A DNA stretch of 62,962 bases from a virus (Duplodnaviria > Caudoviricetes), in IMG/VR virus record IMGVR_UViG_3300033559_000345, positions 1 to 62,962 of that record. One strand, written 5' to 3'. How positions within the stretch are numbered: the stretch's first letter is position 1; each line of letters begins with the position of its first letter. The notes under the pieces are model-generated. The model saw only the letters and a list, made by a program, of their open reading frames with translations, made no database searches and had not been told where the DNA came from. Both the position numbers and the translations under genes were made by a program. This document shows positions 34,963 through 44,212 of this stretch, piece after piece.

Positions 34963-37092
34963 TTAGATCGATGGATTTTTTCTCCTTGGAGGCATAACCT
35001 CAGGATTAGGCTTTGCTGCTGCTGTGTTATTTTTAGATATCGCAGCCGCCTCATCGCCTGCGACCCCTGGCGATGCAAATGACTCAACCTGTGTTGGTGC
35101 ATCAGTTGCTGTCTGATCACCCTGGACGTATTGCGGTATCTCCCCTGGTGTCTTATCCTGTGCCATCGCAAGGTTAGGGATAAGATCGGCTTCAATAAGA
35201 TTCTTTTCACGAAGATTATTGTACACCTCTTCAAATAGTGTTGGTGTAGAAGCTTTCATGCTCATCATTCTCATTGTAAATTCATCAGGCGCAACCTTTG
35301 ACATTACTGCAAATCGCTCCGTAAGCCTCATGATAAGGTCAGGTATAGAAACGGATTCTGAAGTAATACCCGACTGGCCAGCAAGGGTGTTGACCTCCTG
35401 ATTGATATAATCAGCGTTCTCACGCTGACGCTTCTCATTCATCTTCATCTGCTGCTCATACTTCTTACGCTCACCAATCTCTCTACGATTCTGATTTTCC
35501 ATATCAGCTTCTGCGGCGAAGATGGCATCAATAATACGAGCTTCACCAGTTGCTTTTGCATTACCCTTAGACTCAGCAATACGAAGTTGAACCATATCAT
35601 CAAGCTCAGACTGACGGCGCTCATATTCTATATCCGGATCATACCCCATCTCTTTAACTGCAGTGTGCTTTGATATAACAGCATCTGATGGGGATCCGGA
35701 GGCTGCACTCAAAATCATCTGCTTCCTCTGCATATCATCAGCCATTTTAAATTCGCTGAATTTTACTCTGATATCAGGAATGCTATATTGCGCAGATATT
35801 TTCTTTTTAATGAAGTTTAAGACATTCTGCATGTCAGTTCGGTAGTTCAGATAACTGTTCTCAACAACTCTTAATGAGACATTACTTCCAGACCAGGACG
35901 CCCCACCCTTTATGATTTCCGGAATAGTACCCATACCTATGATAATATCATTTTCAACCATCTGGATCTCAGATGAAACAGAAAGTGATTTAGCATTTCC
36001 ACCAAGAAGATGTACACCGACTGGTTGTGGAATCAGAAGTACCTTGTTTTTATCCTTACGCCAGGCGTGTATAGCCTCTTCAACCTTTGTCCTCCAAAGA
36101 CCAAGGTCCATTGATATATGAGGGCTAACCTCACCCTGCTGAAGTGGATAGAGCATTCTCAATGGAACAATATATTCCATTGCAATCATCTCGTTACCCT
36201 TCTTAAGAATCTGATTGTGCACTACATTTTTAAGGACAGGCATAACAGCTGGTATACCATAACCACGTTCAGACGGTACAAGGTATGATATATTATCGCG
36301 CTTTAGATGAAAGAGGTTATCACGATTAAGCTTTAATCTTTTATTAGCGTTAATAGCAGTAAGCACTTCTTTCGGCGTTGAGTTAATGATGTCCATGTTA
36401 CCGGATGACACAGCCTTCTTCATAACCTCCGGAATATCATAATAGTAAAATGAGTCACCGGTGATATTGTTAAAAACAACATCAACATGCAGGATGTCCC
36501 AGTGAATAATATTTACACCGCGATAATCCTTTGTGATGATATCTTCAAAGTCAAGATTGCCATCGTATCCACAAGATGTGCACTTCCCCTTGTAGTGCTT
36601 ATTGGAATACTTCAACCCTTTTATAGATGTTATGTTTTTTTTGGTTTTACATTCAGGACATGTAATATTCCTTTTAAATGGAAAATGTACTGAGATATAA
36701 CTGTTGCCATATCCATGATAATTACTCCCGGCAATAATAAGTTGTCGGCGTATATCAATGCATTCTTCAAGAATTAATCGCCATATCTCTTCTGGTTCAC
36801 GATCAGTCTTTATAGATGTCTCCCAATCCTCATACACTAGTTTTGTAATTGGATATTCAGACATCCTTGTGATAATCGTGTTAATCAGAGAGTCTCCAAA
36901 AAGAAATGATCCTATAAGCTTAAAAATCTTCTTCAAACTAGTTGGAAGATATGTACTGGTCATATCAAGAAATGGATTGTCATACTGTAAATCAGCATCA
37001 TCAAGTGAGAATTTTATGTTACCACTATTACTTCTACTTGAAGTCGGTGTTGCAAGTCCAGATCCAGCGGTCAAGGTATCAAAATCTGCCAT
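34963..37092 (-). CDS. Putative portal protein with a zinc-ribbon insertion
   Basis: Portal-like pattern YHGYGNSYISV...LFHLKR...GYGIP...I(I)GMGT.PE; CPEC...CTSC insert; C-terminal coiled coil; located in the virion block. Confidence 0.7.
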   Translation of the reverse strand: MADFDTLTAGSGLATPTSSRSNSGNIKFSLDDADLQYDNPFLDMTSTYLPTSLKKIFKLIGSFLFGDSLINTIITRMSEYPITKLVYEDWETSIKTDREPEEIWRLILEECIDIRRQLIIAGSNYHGYGNSYISVHFPFKRNITCPECKTKKNITSIKGLKYSNKHYKGKCTSCGYDGNLDFEDIITKDYRGVNIIHWDILHVDVVFNNITGDSFYYYDIPEVMKKAVSSGNMDIINSTPKEVLTAINANKRLKLNRDNLFHLKRDNISYLVPSERGYGIPAVMPVLKNVVHNQILKKGNEMIAMEYIVPLRMLYPLQQGEVSPHISMDLGLWRTKVEEAIHAWRKDKNKVLLIPQPVGVHLLGGNAKSLSVSSEIQMVENDIIIGMGTIPEIIKGGASWSGSNVSLRVVENSYLNYRTDMQNVLNFIKKKISAQYSIPDIRVKFSEFKMADDMQRKQMILSAASGSPSDAVISKHTAVKEMGYDPDIEYERRQSELDDMVQLRIAESKGNAKATGEARIIDAIFAAEADMENQNRREIGERKKYEQQMKMNEKRQRENADYINQEVNTLAGQSGITSESVSIPDLIMRLTERFAVMSKVAPDEFTMRMMSMKASTPTLFEEVYNNLREKNLIEADLIPNLAMAQDKTPGEIPQYVQGDQTATDAPTQVESFASPGVAGDEAAAISKNNTAAAKPNPEVMPPRRKNPSI

Positions 37093-37095
37093 TTA

Positions 37096-37860
37096 TTAAT
37101 CCTTCGTAATATCGTTACTGAAATATCTATCAGAAGCCTTCTCAGCCCTATACATGCGCATTGCCTGTATACTTTCGGGTGAGTCATCCTCAAAGTTTCC
37201 TTCTGATAGTTTTTTATGAGCATCAACCCAGAGTCTAACTGTATCCTTATCAACCATATGGGCCATTTCTCTGCCAATGTAATGCATCACTGACGGTGGT
37301 GGTGTATATATACCATCATTTTTTAATACAACAATGATGAATTTTATCACCTCATCACCAAAGTCGGCATCCATTTCAGGCCTGACATAATTCATAACCT
37401 TTACAGCGTTGATTACCGCCCCTGGAGATGCAAACTTTACATTTTCAAAATCAGAAATTGACCCGCTGAAGGAGAGCGCCAACTGATTGAACATGTACCA
37501 GTCGTCAAAGGATTCAGCCCTATTGCATAAGTGCCTGAGTGCTGATATCTTATCGCGCATGACCGGGTGCAGCTTTGTTTTTATCTTATCTTCTACAATC
37601 TTGAAGATAGTGTCAAGTTCCCATTCCCACCAGTCATCATTTACTTCTTTTTCAAGATAGTCATAAACCTGTGGTGTTGGAGTTCCAGGGTTATTAATAA
37701 TGTGGGATTGAATAAGGGCTATGTCACCCCTATTTCTACTACTGTAAGCCTCGTTGATTTTCTGCTGATTAGCTTCAATTTCATCTTTAATCCTCTCTGC
37801 CTCTGCGCTGTCACCCCGCAGGATTGCATCAAAGATCTGCTGCCCTAAACCTGTAGACAT
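37096..37860 (-). CDS. Hypothetical head-module protein
   Basis: 254-aa ORF with a GAAAGGG RBS, immediately upstream of the portal gene. Confidence 0.65.
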   Translation of the reverse strand: MSTGLGQQIFDAILRGDSAEAERIKDEIEANQQKINEAYSSRNRGDIALIQSHIINNPGTPTPQVYDYLEKEVNDDWWEWELDTIFKIVEDKIKTKLHPVMRDKISALRHLCNRAESFDDWYMFNQLALSFSGSISDFENVKFASPGAVINAVKVMNYVRPEMDADFGDEVIKFIIVVLKNDGIYTPPPSVMHYIGREMAHMVDKDTVRLWVDAHKKLSEGNFEDDSPESIQAMRMYRAEKASDRYFSNDITKD

Positions 37861-37884
37861 AATTTCACGCCCTTTCTATGAAAA

Positions 37885-38571
37885 TTAATGTCCAGCTTTA
37901 CTGTACTCAGATGCTAATATACTTCTTTCCTCATTAGACATGCATGCTACAGCACTAATTACATCTTCACGAAGATTTTCTGCAGTGCTATCTTCGAACA
38001 CTGCGGCTATCTTCTCGATAGCTTCGCTGTCACATCTTAGGTCCGCCAGATCATAGGATGTAAAACTACCGGCAATCTTGATCCCGTCGAACTTAGGGCG
38101 TACATTAGACCCTACTACACTCATGATCGGGTCGCTGATGTTGACATCATACTCCTGGTCAAGTCCTGCCAGTTTGTCAAATTCTGCAAGATTCTGAACC
38201 ATAGTAACCGGCTTCCATTCATCTTTGTGCTCAGCAATCTTATCAAGAAGCTGCTCCGCGTTAATAGGGAGACCCTGGCTGGCAACCTTCTCAATACCAT
38301 GTGTACGCATAAAGTCTTTGCGGCGCTTAATAGCTGCTTCAAATTCCGGAGAATAAGCCGCTGCACGCTTTTCAATGCGTGAGTAGTTATGAATCCACGG
38401 CTTGTCCGCAGAAACCTTCAATGCAGCGGCTTGCTTCTTGATTCCGCTTGCAATGACAACTCGATCGTAAGGGCTGAATTTCTTCAGATGGGCATCAAAA
38501 TAGTCCATAGCAAGCTTGACCTGCTCCTTAGTGTTGATGGGATACTTATTCCCGATTGCAAATTTAGACAT
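37885..38571 (-). CDS. Head-module protein rich in K-x-A motifs
   Basis: KYPINTKEQVKLA N-terminus; KKQA, EKRA, EKVA, DKIA, DKLA, IKIA and EKIA. Confidence 0.65.
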   Translation of the reverse strand: MSKFAIGNKYPINTKEQVKLAMDYFDAHLKKFSPYDRVVIASGIKKQAAALKVSADKPWIHNYSRIEKRAAAYSPEFEAAIKRRKDFMRTHGIEKVASQGLPINAEQLLDKIAEHKDEWKPVTMVQNLAEFDKLAGLDQEYDVNISDPIMSVVGSNVRPKFDGIKIAGSFTSYDLADLRCDSEAIEKIAAVFEDSTAENLREDVISAVACMSNEERSILASEYSKAGH

Positions 38572-38597
38572 AGTGACAGTTCCTTTATTTTAAATGT

Positions 38598-39380
38598 CTA
38601 TGATTGGCTAGCAGTTAATGAAATTGTATCCCCACCGCTTGATGTTGCAGAGATAATTACATTAGTTGATACTGTGCTATTTGATTTTTGGACAATTAGT
38701 CCATTTATTACTTTGACTCGGTTAAATTTAAGTTCTACCTTTGCAGTATCACCAACAATACTTGTGGCAACAGATGCCATAATATTCATATAGACAGGTG
38801 TATCAAATGTCCCAACAAGATCATAACCTATACTTTTATATCGTGGTTTAAAGAATGTTTCTGTAGATCGTGTTTGTGTATTCTCCTCTGACACAACCTT
38901 TCCAAGCTCCGCATAATCACCTTCAGTGGGAAGTGTGGTAGTAAGAAGATCATCTACGCTTTCTGCTATCCACGATTTTTCATCCCTTATTAATGGCTGG
39001 CGACTACTATTTTGAATATCAACAAGTGTATCTGTATCATTCATATCTTCATATTTATAATAAACAATATTTCCAACTTGCAGCCCGCTAATAATGGCAT
39101 CCTTACCAAGTAGTATAACTCTTCCACTATAAGTAATAATAACAGTTCTGCTTTTAATGGTAAGAGAGCCGTCGCTATATGAATATGGAACACTACCATT
39201 ACTGTTACCTACAATGCACCCTTTTGGATTAAAGCCGCTCTGACCGTATCCATATCGCTGCATATTAGATCTTACGGTATCTTGGATGCTATCATCTACA
39301 ACACCATCACTATCGGTAGTCCACCCCAAGAGGTCATTCATTCTTCTTTTGATGCCTATAAATGCATTTACAAATTTCAT
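38598..39380 (-). CDS. Putative virion structural protein
   Basis: Beta-rich ORF; ATG 39380 with a GGAGGAG RBS, coupled to the upstream stop. Confidence 0.55.
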   Translation of the reverse strand: MKFVNAFIGIKRRMNDLLGWTTDSDGVVDDSIQDTVRSNMQRYGYGQSGFNPKGCIVGNSNGSVPYSYSDGSLTIKSRTVIITYSGRVILLGKDAIISGLQVGNIVYYKYEDMNDTDTLVDIQNSSRQPLIRDEKSWIAESVDDLLTTTLPTEGDYAELGKVVSEENTQTRSTETFFKPRYKSIGYDLVGTFDTPVYMNIMASVATSIVGDTAKVELKFNRVKVINGLIVQKSNSTVSTNVIISATSSGGDTISLTASQS

Positions 39381-39381
39381 A

Positions 39382-40614
39382 TTACTCCTCCGCCAACTTT
39401 GACAGAACTTCCTGTGAATACTCATATGTGTACATCTCAGATCCATTCTGTAGCATAATATCAGAAAGAGGGCATCTGGTTACGGAGAATCTCATATTGA
39501 CATCATCAGTGAGGTGCAGCATTGAACTGAGCATGCCGTCAAAAAGCTGCATGTATAGGTAGTCACCGGTTTTAAAATTAGCATCCTCATCAGCTGGTGT
39601 TCCACCAAGTATCTCTGATACGAGAAGGTTTTCAACAGGGTTATTAATTGTGCCCTCATCCATATATCTTGAAGAGCGTAGTGGTTCAAGCCATATCTCT
39701 GTAGAAGACCTTCTATAGAGGATGCCGATCCAGTACTTTTGCCACACCCTGTTATTTTCTGCACCCTCAATTGTCTGCGCACCATTAATCATTTTAACAA
39801 CAGTGCCAAGCGGGGCTTGGGTAAACAACTCTGTAGCAGCACTGCCGTTATCGCCACCTGGTGGATTTTGAAATCCATCAATTTTTATTTTAAGTATACC
39901 TTTAGCCAGCCATTCAAACTCAGCGGCGTCATTTGTAACCGGTTCAATATATGATGCGTATGGCACACGGGTGATCCATGAAAAATAATCAATAGGTAAA
40001 AGTATAGGTGAGTCATCTGTATATTTTATACCAGGGACGCCGCTCCACTGTACACTTCTGATTTTTCTGCTGCTACTTTGAGATTCGAAGAAATATTCGA
40101 TATTATATCTGGATGTTGTGAATTTACCTTCACTGCCAAGCTGAAAAAATGATGCAGCATAAGATAAGTCACCCTTAAGCCATTCAAAGCCGGCTGTGAT
40201 TTCATTTGGTGGTGTTATACCTTGTACTGCATTTGGTGTAGCGAGGATATGGGTTGGCTCATTCTCATCAATCTGCAGCATAACTTTGAATTCAGATGCT
40301 TTTTGCTCATCAGCATAAACGCTGAACTCTTTTATGATCGAGGAGTCTATATACTCCTCCTGGGAGGCGTATACCGGTATTGTACCTGATAGTCGATGCT
40401 GCCTGGATGTTACAAATACACCGGAGTGATAGAAATTATAGTCACCATCCGGAAGTGGCTTGGTTACAAAATAACCGTTACCATTAACCACTAATGAATC
40501 TACAACAATGCTTCCGCTGGGTGTGACCATGCGGACTTCAACGGATATTCCGGGTAGTGTATTTCCGGCACTGTCTACCAAATGTCCTGTAATAGGCTTT
40601 GTTTTTGCAAACAT
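39382..40614 (-). CDS. Putative virion protein with an N-terminal carboxypeptidase-regulatory/Ig-like domain
   Basis: ITGHLVDSAGNTLPGISVEV...NGYF...LPDGDY pattern. Confidence 0.55.
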   Translation of the reverse strand: MFAKTKPITGHLVDSAGNTLPGISVEVRMVTPSGSIVVDSLVVNGNGYFVTKPLPDGDYNFYHSGVFVTSRQHRLSGTIPVYASQEEYIDSSIIKEFSVYADEQKASEFKVMLQIDENEPTHILATPNAVQGITPPNEITAGFEWLKGDLSYAASFFQLGSEGKFTTSRYNIEYFFESQSSSRKIRSVQWSGVPGIKYTDDSPILLPIDYFSWITRVPYASYIEPVTNDAAEFEWLAKGILKIKIDGFQNPPGGDNGSAATELFTQAPLGTVVKMINGAQTIEGAENNRVWQKYWIGILYRRSSTEIWLEPLRSSRYMDEGTINNPVENLLVSEILGGTPADEDANFKTGDYLYMQLFDGMLSSMLHLTDDVNMRFSVTRCPLSDIMLQNGSEMYTYEYSQEVLSKLAEE

Positions 40615-40708
40615 CTTACATCCAATGATTTAGTGGCTACTAATTAGATTAATACTTTAACATTCACTTGATATTTAAAATAAATCAATTACCGCACAAT
40701 CTCAATAA

Positions 40709-43700
40709 TTACTTTGAAATTATATGAAAATTCTTGACTGTAAAATTTAATACCGCATTTCGTCCTATGATATTTTCCGGATAATATGCCAACTTATCTG
40801 TATCATACCTCAGAACTGGGAAGCATGTATCAATATCCGGGGTAATGCTTGATAGCGGAGTCATCTTACGCATCTCAAATGTATTACCATGTGTTTTTAC
40901 AGGCATCATATCGAGGGTTGGTAGAAATCTTGGCCTTATTCTAATATGTGAGTAATCAATATCACCCTCAGCATTATAATAAGCCCCACCCCGTATATCA
41001 AGGTATTTTGATGTCAAGGTTGATACCTGGTCAGCTGTAGTTTCTCGGTATGATGTTACATCATAACCTACTCCCTTTACGCCAAATATTGAAAAGTCAC
41101 CGCCAACAGGGTATCGATCTGCATAAGGACTTGGAATGATAAGGGTGGCGTTAGAAATAACACTGTCATTTGGGTGTGCGATATACAAGATGGGAGCCAT
41201 ATACCCGGTCTGATTATTCAGAATATAGTAATCAGATGGATTTATAATCTCTCGCATAAACTCGTCAAACTGGTTTACGCTCCCTGGTTCCAGCGTGGCA
41301 ATATCTACTATGCTGAGCTCATGCATGTTATATAAATCCGGAGATGGCACTGATGCTGTTAAGTCAATGTCAGTTAAAATCTCTTCAGTATTATTCCGTA
41401 AGAAGTCAAATGGCGCATCAGAAACCCTCTCCCACTGCTCAGTTGTTTTATTATAAACTTCAATAACGCACTGTACATCTGCAATGCCAGTTATAGTGCC
41501 TGAAATATCACACTGATCGACATGCTCGCTACCAGATTGGTATATATTTTCCGGGTCTTCAGTATTAATTTTTAATTCTTCCACTGAACCTTTTACACTA
41601 TTTGATATATGATGAACACAATCAAGCTGCAGTATGGGATAATCAGCATAAATAAATTTAGTTTTAGCACTAACCCGGGCCTCTGGACTCATAAATATCT
41701 TTTGATCTGGTAATGATGCAAACTCAGGATCCTGCATATCCTTAGCCTTAGTAATAGCTGAAATATCAAACTTACCTACCATAGCGGGGGTTTCATGCGG
41801 GAAGGAATTTGTTACAGTACTACCATTATAATACCTTGATGTATTGGGTGTGAAGGCCATTACAAAGTCAGAATTACTACCATCATCAATGTTTATTACA
41901 AGCTTTATTCTATTGTGATATGACAACATTTGACTGTCAGGTGTATATGTAAAGTTGCGGCGTGTAATATACGCTGTATACTCCTTTATAGTGCCTTTCC
42001 TAAATAGGAAATGACTTGGTATATCTCTTACTGACGCGGGGACACTTGACTGGTCCAAATCTTCGCAATCCTGGTATGCCATAGGGTTTTTAATCAGCTC
42101 GCTACCATAATAAGCGTCTCTTTGATTAAAGATGCGCTTGTGACCATTAGCATTAATAGCCTCAGACCCGGCTGGAATATACTGCGAAGTATAACTAACC
42201 TGAGAGTGAAAAGGTTGAGAATAGGCGATTTCAGAATGTACTGATGAGGCTCCAACTGCATATGGTACTTCTATCTCATAAACAGCTGTCGCCATCCCAT
42301 TAGGCTTCTTGGATATTTTATGCGCAGGAAGACTGCTAACCTTCATAATTTTTATGTTCCCCTTATATCCTGGGAAATGCACCATAGGCCTAAGGAGTTC
42401 GCCATCTTCGACGTTGATCACTTTTAAGTAGCTAACCTTTTCAGCGTCATCTGGATCAAAATTAAATTCCATTGGAATCATGAATTCCTTATAATCATCA
42501 TTGTACGCATTATGATTAGTCAGGTACAAATTATAAACAGACTGCCGTGAATTAATAGCACTGCTAATCTCGGCAATTCCCGCTATGACGCATTTATCAT
42601 ACTTACTGGTGTCGATCATCCTGTGTACTGGGAAGTCATATGAAGATCCGTCATTAACGCCTATCCCGGTATTTGATAATAGAAATCTTGTTGGTATTTT
42701 TGCACCACCATCACCATTGATGACATAGTCTATATCATTATCATTGCGTTTATAGTATATATGCCCAAATCTCCAATATGGAGACCCATTGGGTGGTGTG
42801 GATTTTATAGAGTAATTCTGATCAAACATACACTTAACAGTATGTATTATATCAGTATTATAATCTGACTTTTCAAGCAGCTGATTAAGCTCTCTGATGA
42901 AGCTGAATGGGGCCTCTATACTTAAAAAAATTGGCTCACCATTACCGCTATACCCGACCGGAGGCCTTGGGTCTGGCTTAAGATTATCTTTATTCACAAA
43001 CCTACATGCAACAACTGCCCCGTCAGATATAGGTGTCATCTCATGATATGGTTCGCAATTCAGCGTGCCAGTATAACATTTATGGTACTTATCATACATG
43101 GTGATACTATCATATAGCAGAGAGCTGCTGGGAGATGTAGGAGGATAATCCCATCTTGCAACCTGGCCCTTGGCTATTCCACGACTTACATAATTATTAT
43201 CGGATAGTTCATATTTTGATATCTTATTTGTAAAACGCTTTCCAGTTACATTGTAGCCAATACCAGCCTGACCATTGCCATTGCCCCATACAACTTCCAT
43301 ATGTGCCAATTTCACACTTGATCCATTTTTAGTCTGGGGGGCAAAGAAGCATTCCGGGTATTCAGTATAATCAAGCATGCGATTATTGATGTCGGTAAAT
43401 ATGGGTGTACCAATGTATCCATGCAATGTTTTCTTTGCACTAACTACATCCATACTCCATTCTTCAGCCTTCTCAAAAAATGGTGTTGTATCATAGTAGT
43501 CCGGTTCAATAAACCAGTTCATGGTCAGGTAATCTGTTGGTAACGGTGTTGAGTTTGATAGGCTTTTTATTTTTACAAAACTCTGCCTACGTAATAATTG
43601 AAAGCCCTCAAGTTTATAAGTATCACCATTATCCATATCTGGCATAATGGGTACAAAGCTACCAACAATACTAGACATAAGGAGGTTATTAGTATTTTCT

Positions 43701-44203
43701 ACAACTGCAGTAGTGGTAGCAACAGTGTGTAGAATTGGAGACACGCCAAACGCATGATATAAACTCATTTTAATAAAATATTCATCATCACCTGAGTCTT
43801 TATGTAAATCTGTGAATGGGTATATTGTCAACCATTGTTCTGGATTGCTATAAGATATACTCGCGGATCTACCAGTTTGGTCACCCAGTGACTCGTAAAT
43901 CTCCTCGGAAACCTCTTCAGCATTATCTGTAAGTAGCTCTTGGTTATAACCCCAAATAGTCTGATTAAAGAAATCTATGGGTGAATATTCAGTGTTGGCA
44001 ATATCATGATCATTTAGGAAATCCACATAGGCAAGATTGTTATTCGCCTCTACATCACCCTTTATTTTATGCTTGAATGATGCGTTGGCCTTCATTCTGC
44101 TTTTAGTATACGCCCTCACAGTGACTGCGCATGCGTGAGATATCTCTCGGGGAGTACTTAACAGCACCTCATGTATTGAATCTTTATTTGTAACAGTATT
44201 CAT
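40709..44203 (-). CDS. Large putative virion/tail protein
   Basis: 1164-aa ORF in the tightly packed structural operon; no catalytic motif recognised. Confidence 0.55.
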   Translation of the reverse strand: MNTVTNKDSIHEVLLSTPREISHACAVTVRAYTKSRMKANASFKHKIKGDVEANNNLAYVDFLNDHDIANTEYSPIDFFNQTIWGYNQELLTDNAEEVSEEIYESLGDQTGRSASISYSNPEQWLTIYPFTDLHKDSGDDEYFIKMSLYHAFGVSPILHTVATTTAVVENTNNLLMSSIVGSFVPIMPDMDNGDTYKLEGFQLLRRQSFVKIKSLSNSTPLPTDYLTMNWFIEPDYYDTTPFFEKAEEWSMDVVSAKKTLHGYIGTPIFTDINNRMLDYTEYPECFFAPQTKNGSSVKLAHMEVVWGNGNGQAGIGYNVTGKRFTNKISKYELSDNNYVSRGIAKGQVARWDYPPTSPSSSLLYDSITMYDKYHKCYTGTLNCEPYHEMTPISDGAVVACRFVNKDNLKPDPRPPVGYSGNGEPIFLSIEAPFSFIRELNQLLEKSDYNTDIIHTVKCMFDQNYSIKSTPPNGSPYWRFGHIYYKRNDNDIDYVINGDGGAKIPTRFLLSNTGIGVNDGSSYDFPVHRMIDTSKYDKCVIAGIAEISSAINSRQSVYNLYLTNHNAYNDDYKEFMIPMEFNFDPDDAEKVSYLKVINVEDGELLRPMVHFPGYKGNIKIMKVSSLPAHKISKKPNGMATAVYEIEVPYAVGASSVHSEIAYSQPFHSQVSYTSQYIPAGSEAINANGHKRIFNQRDAYYGSELIKNPMAYQDCEDLDQSSVPASVRDIPSHFLFRKGTIKEYTAYITRRNFTYTPDSQMLSYHNRIKLVINIDDGSNSDFVMAFTPNTSRYYNGSTVTNSFPHETPAMVGKFDISAITKAKDMQDPEFASLPDQKIFMSPEARVSAKTKFIYADYPILQLDCVHHISNSVKGSVEELKINTEDPENIYQSGSEHVDQCDISGTITGIADVQCVIEVYNKTTEQWERVSDAPFDFLRNNTEEILTDIDLTASVPSPDLYNMHELSIVDIATLEPGSVNQFDEFMREIINPSDYYILNNQTGYMAPILYIAHPNDSVISNATLIIPSPYADRYPVGGDFSIFGVKGVGYDVTSYRETTADQVSTLTSKYLDIRGGAYYNAEGDIDYSHIRIRPRFLPTLDMMPVKTHGNTFEMRKMTPLSSITPDIDTCFPVLRYDTDKLAYYPENIIGRNAVLNFTVKNFHIISK

Positions 44204-44212
44204 AAATCCCTC

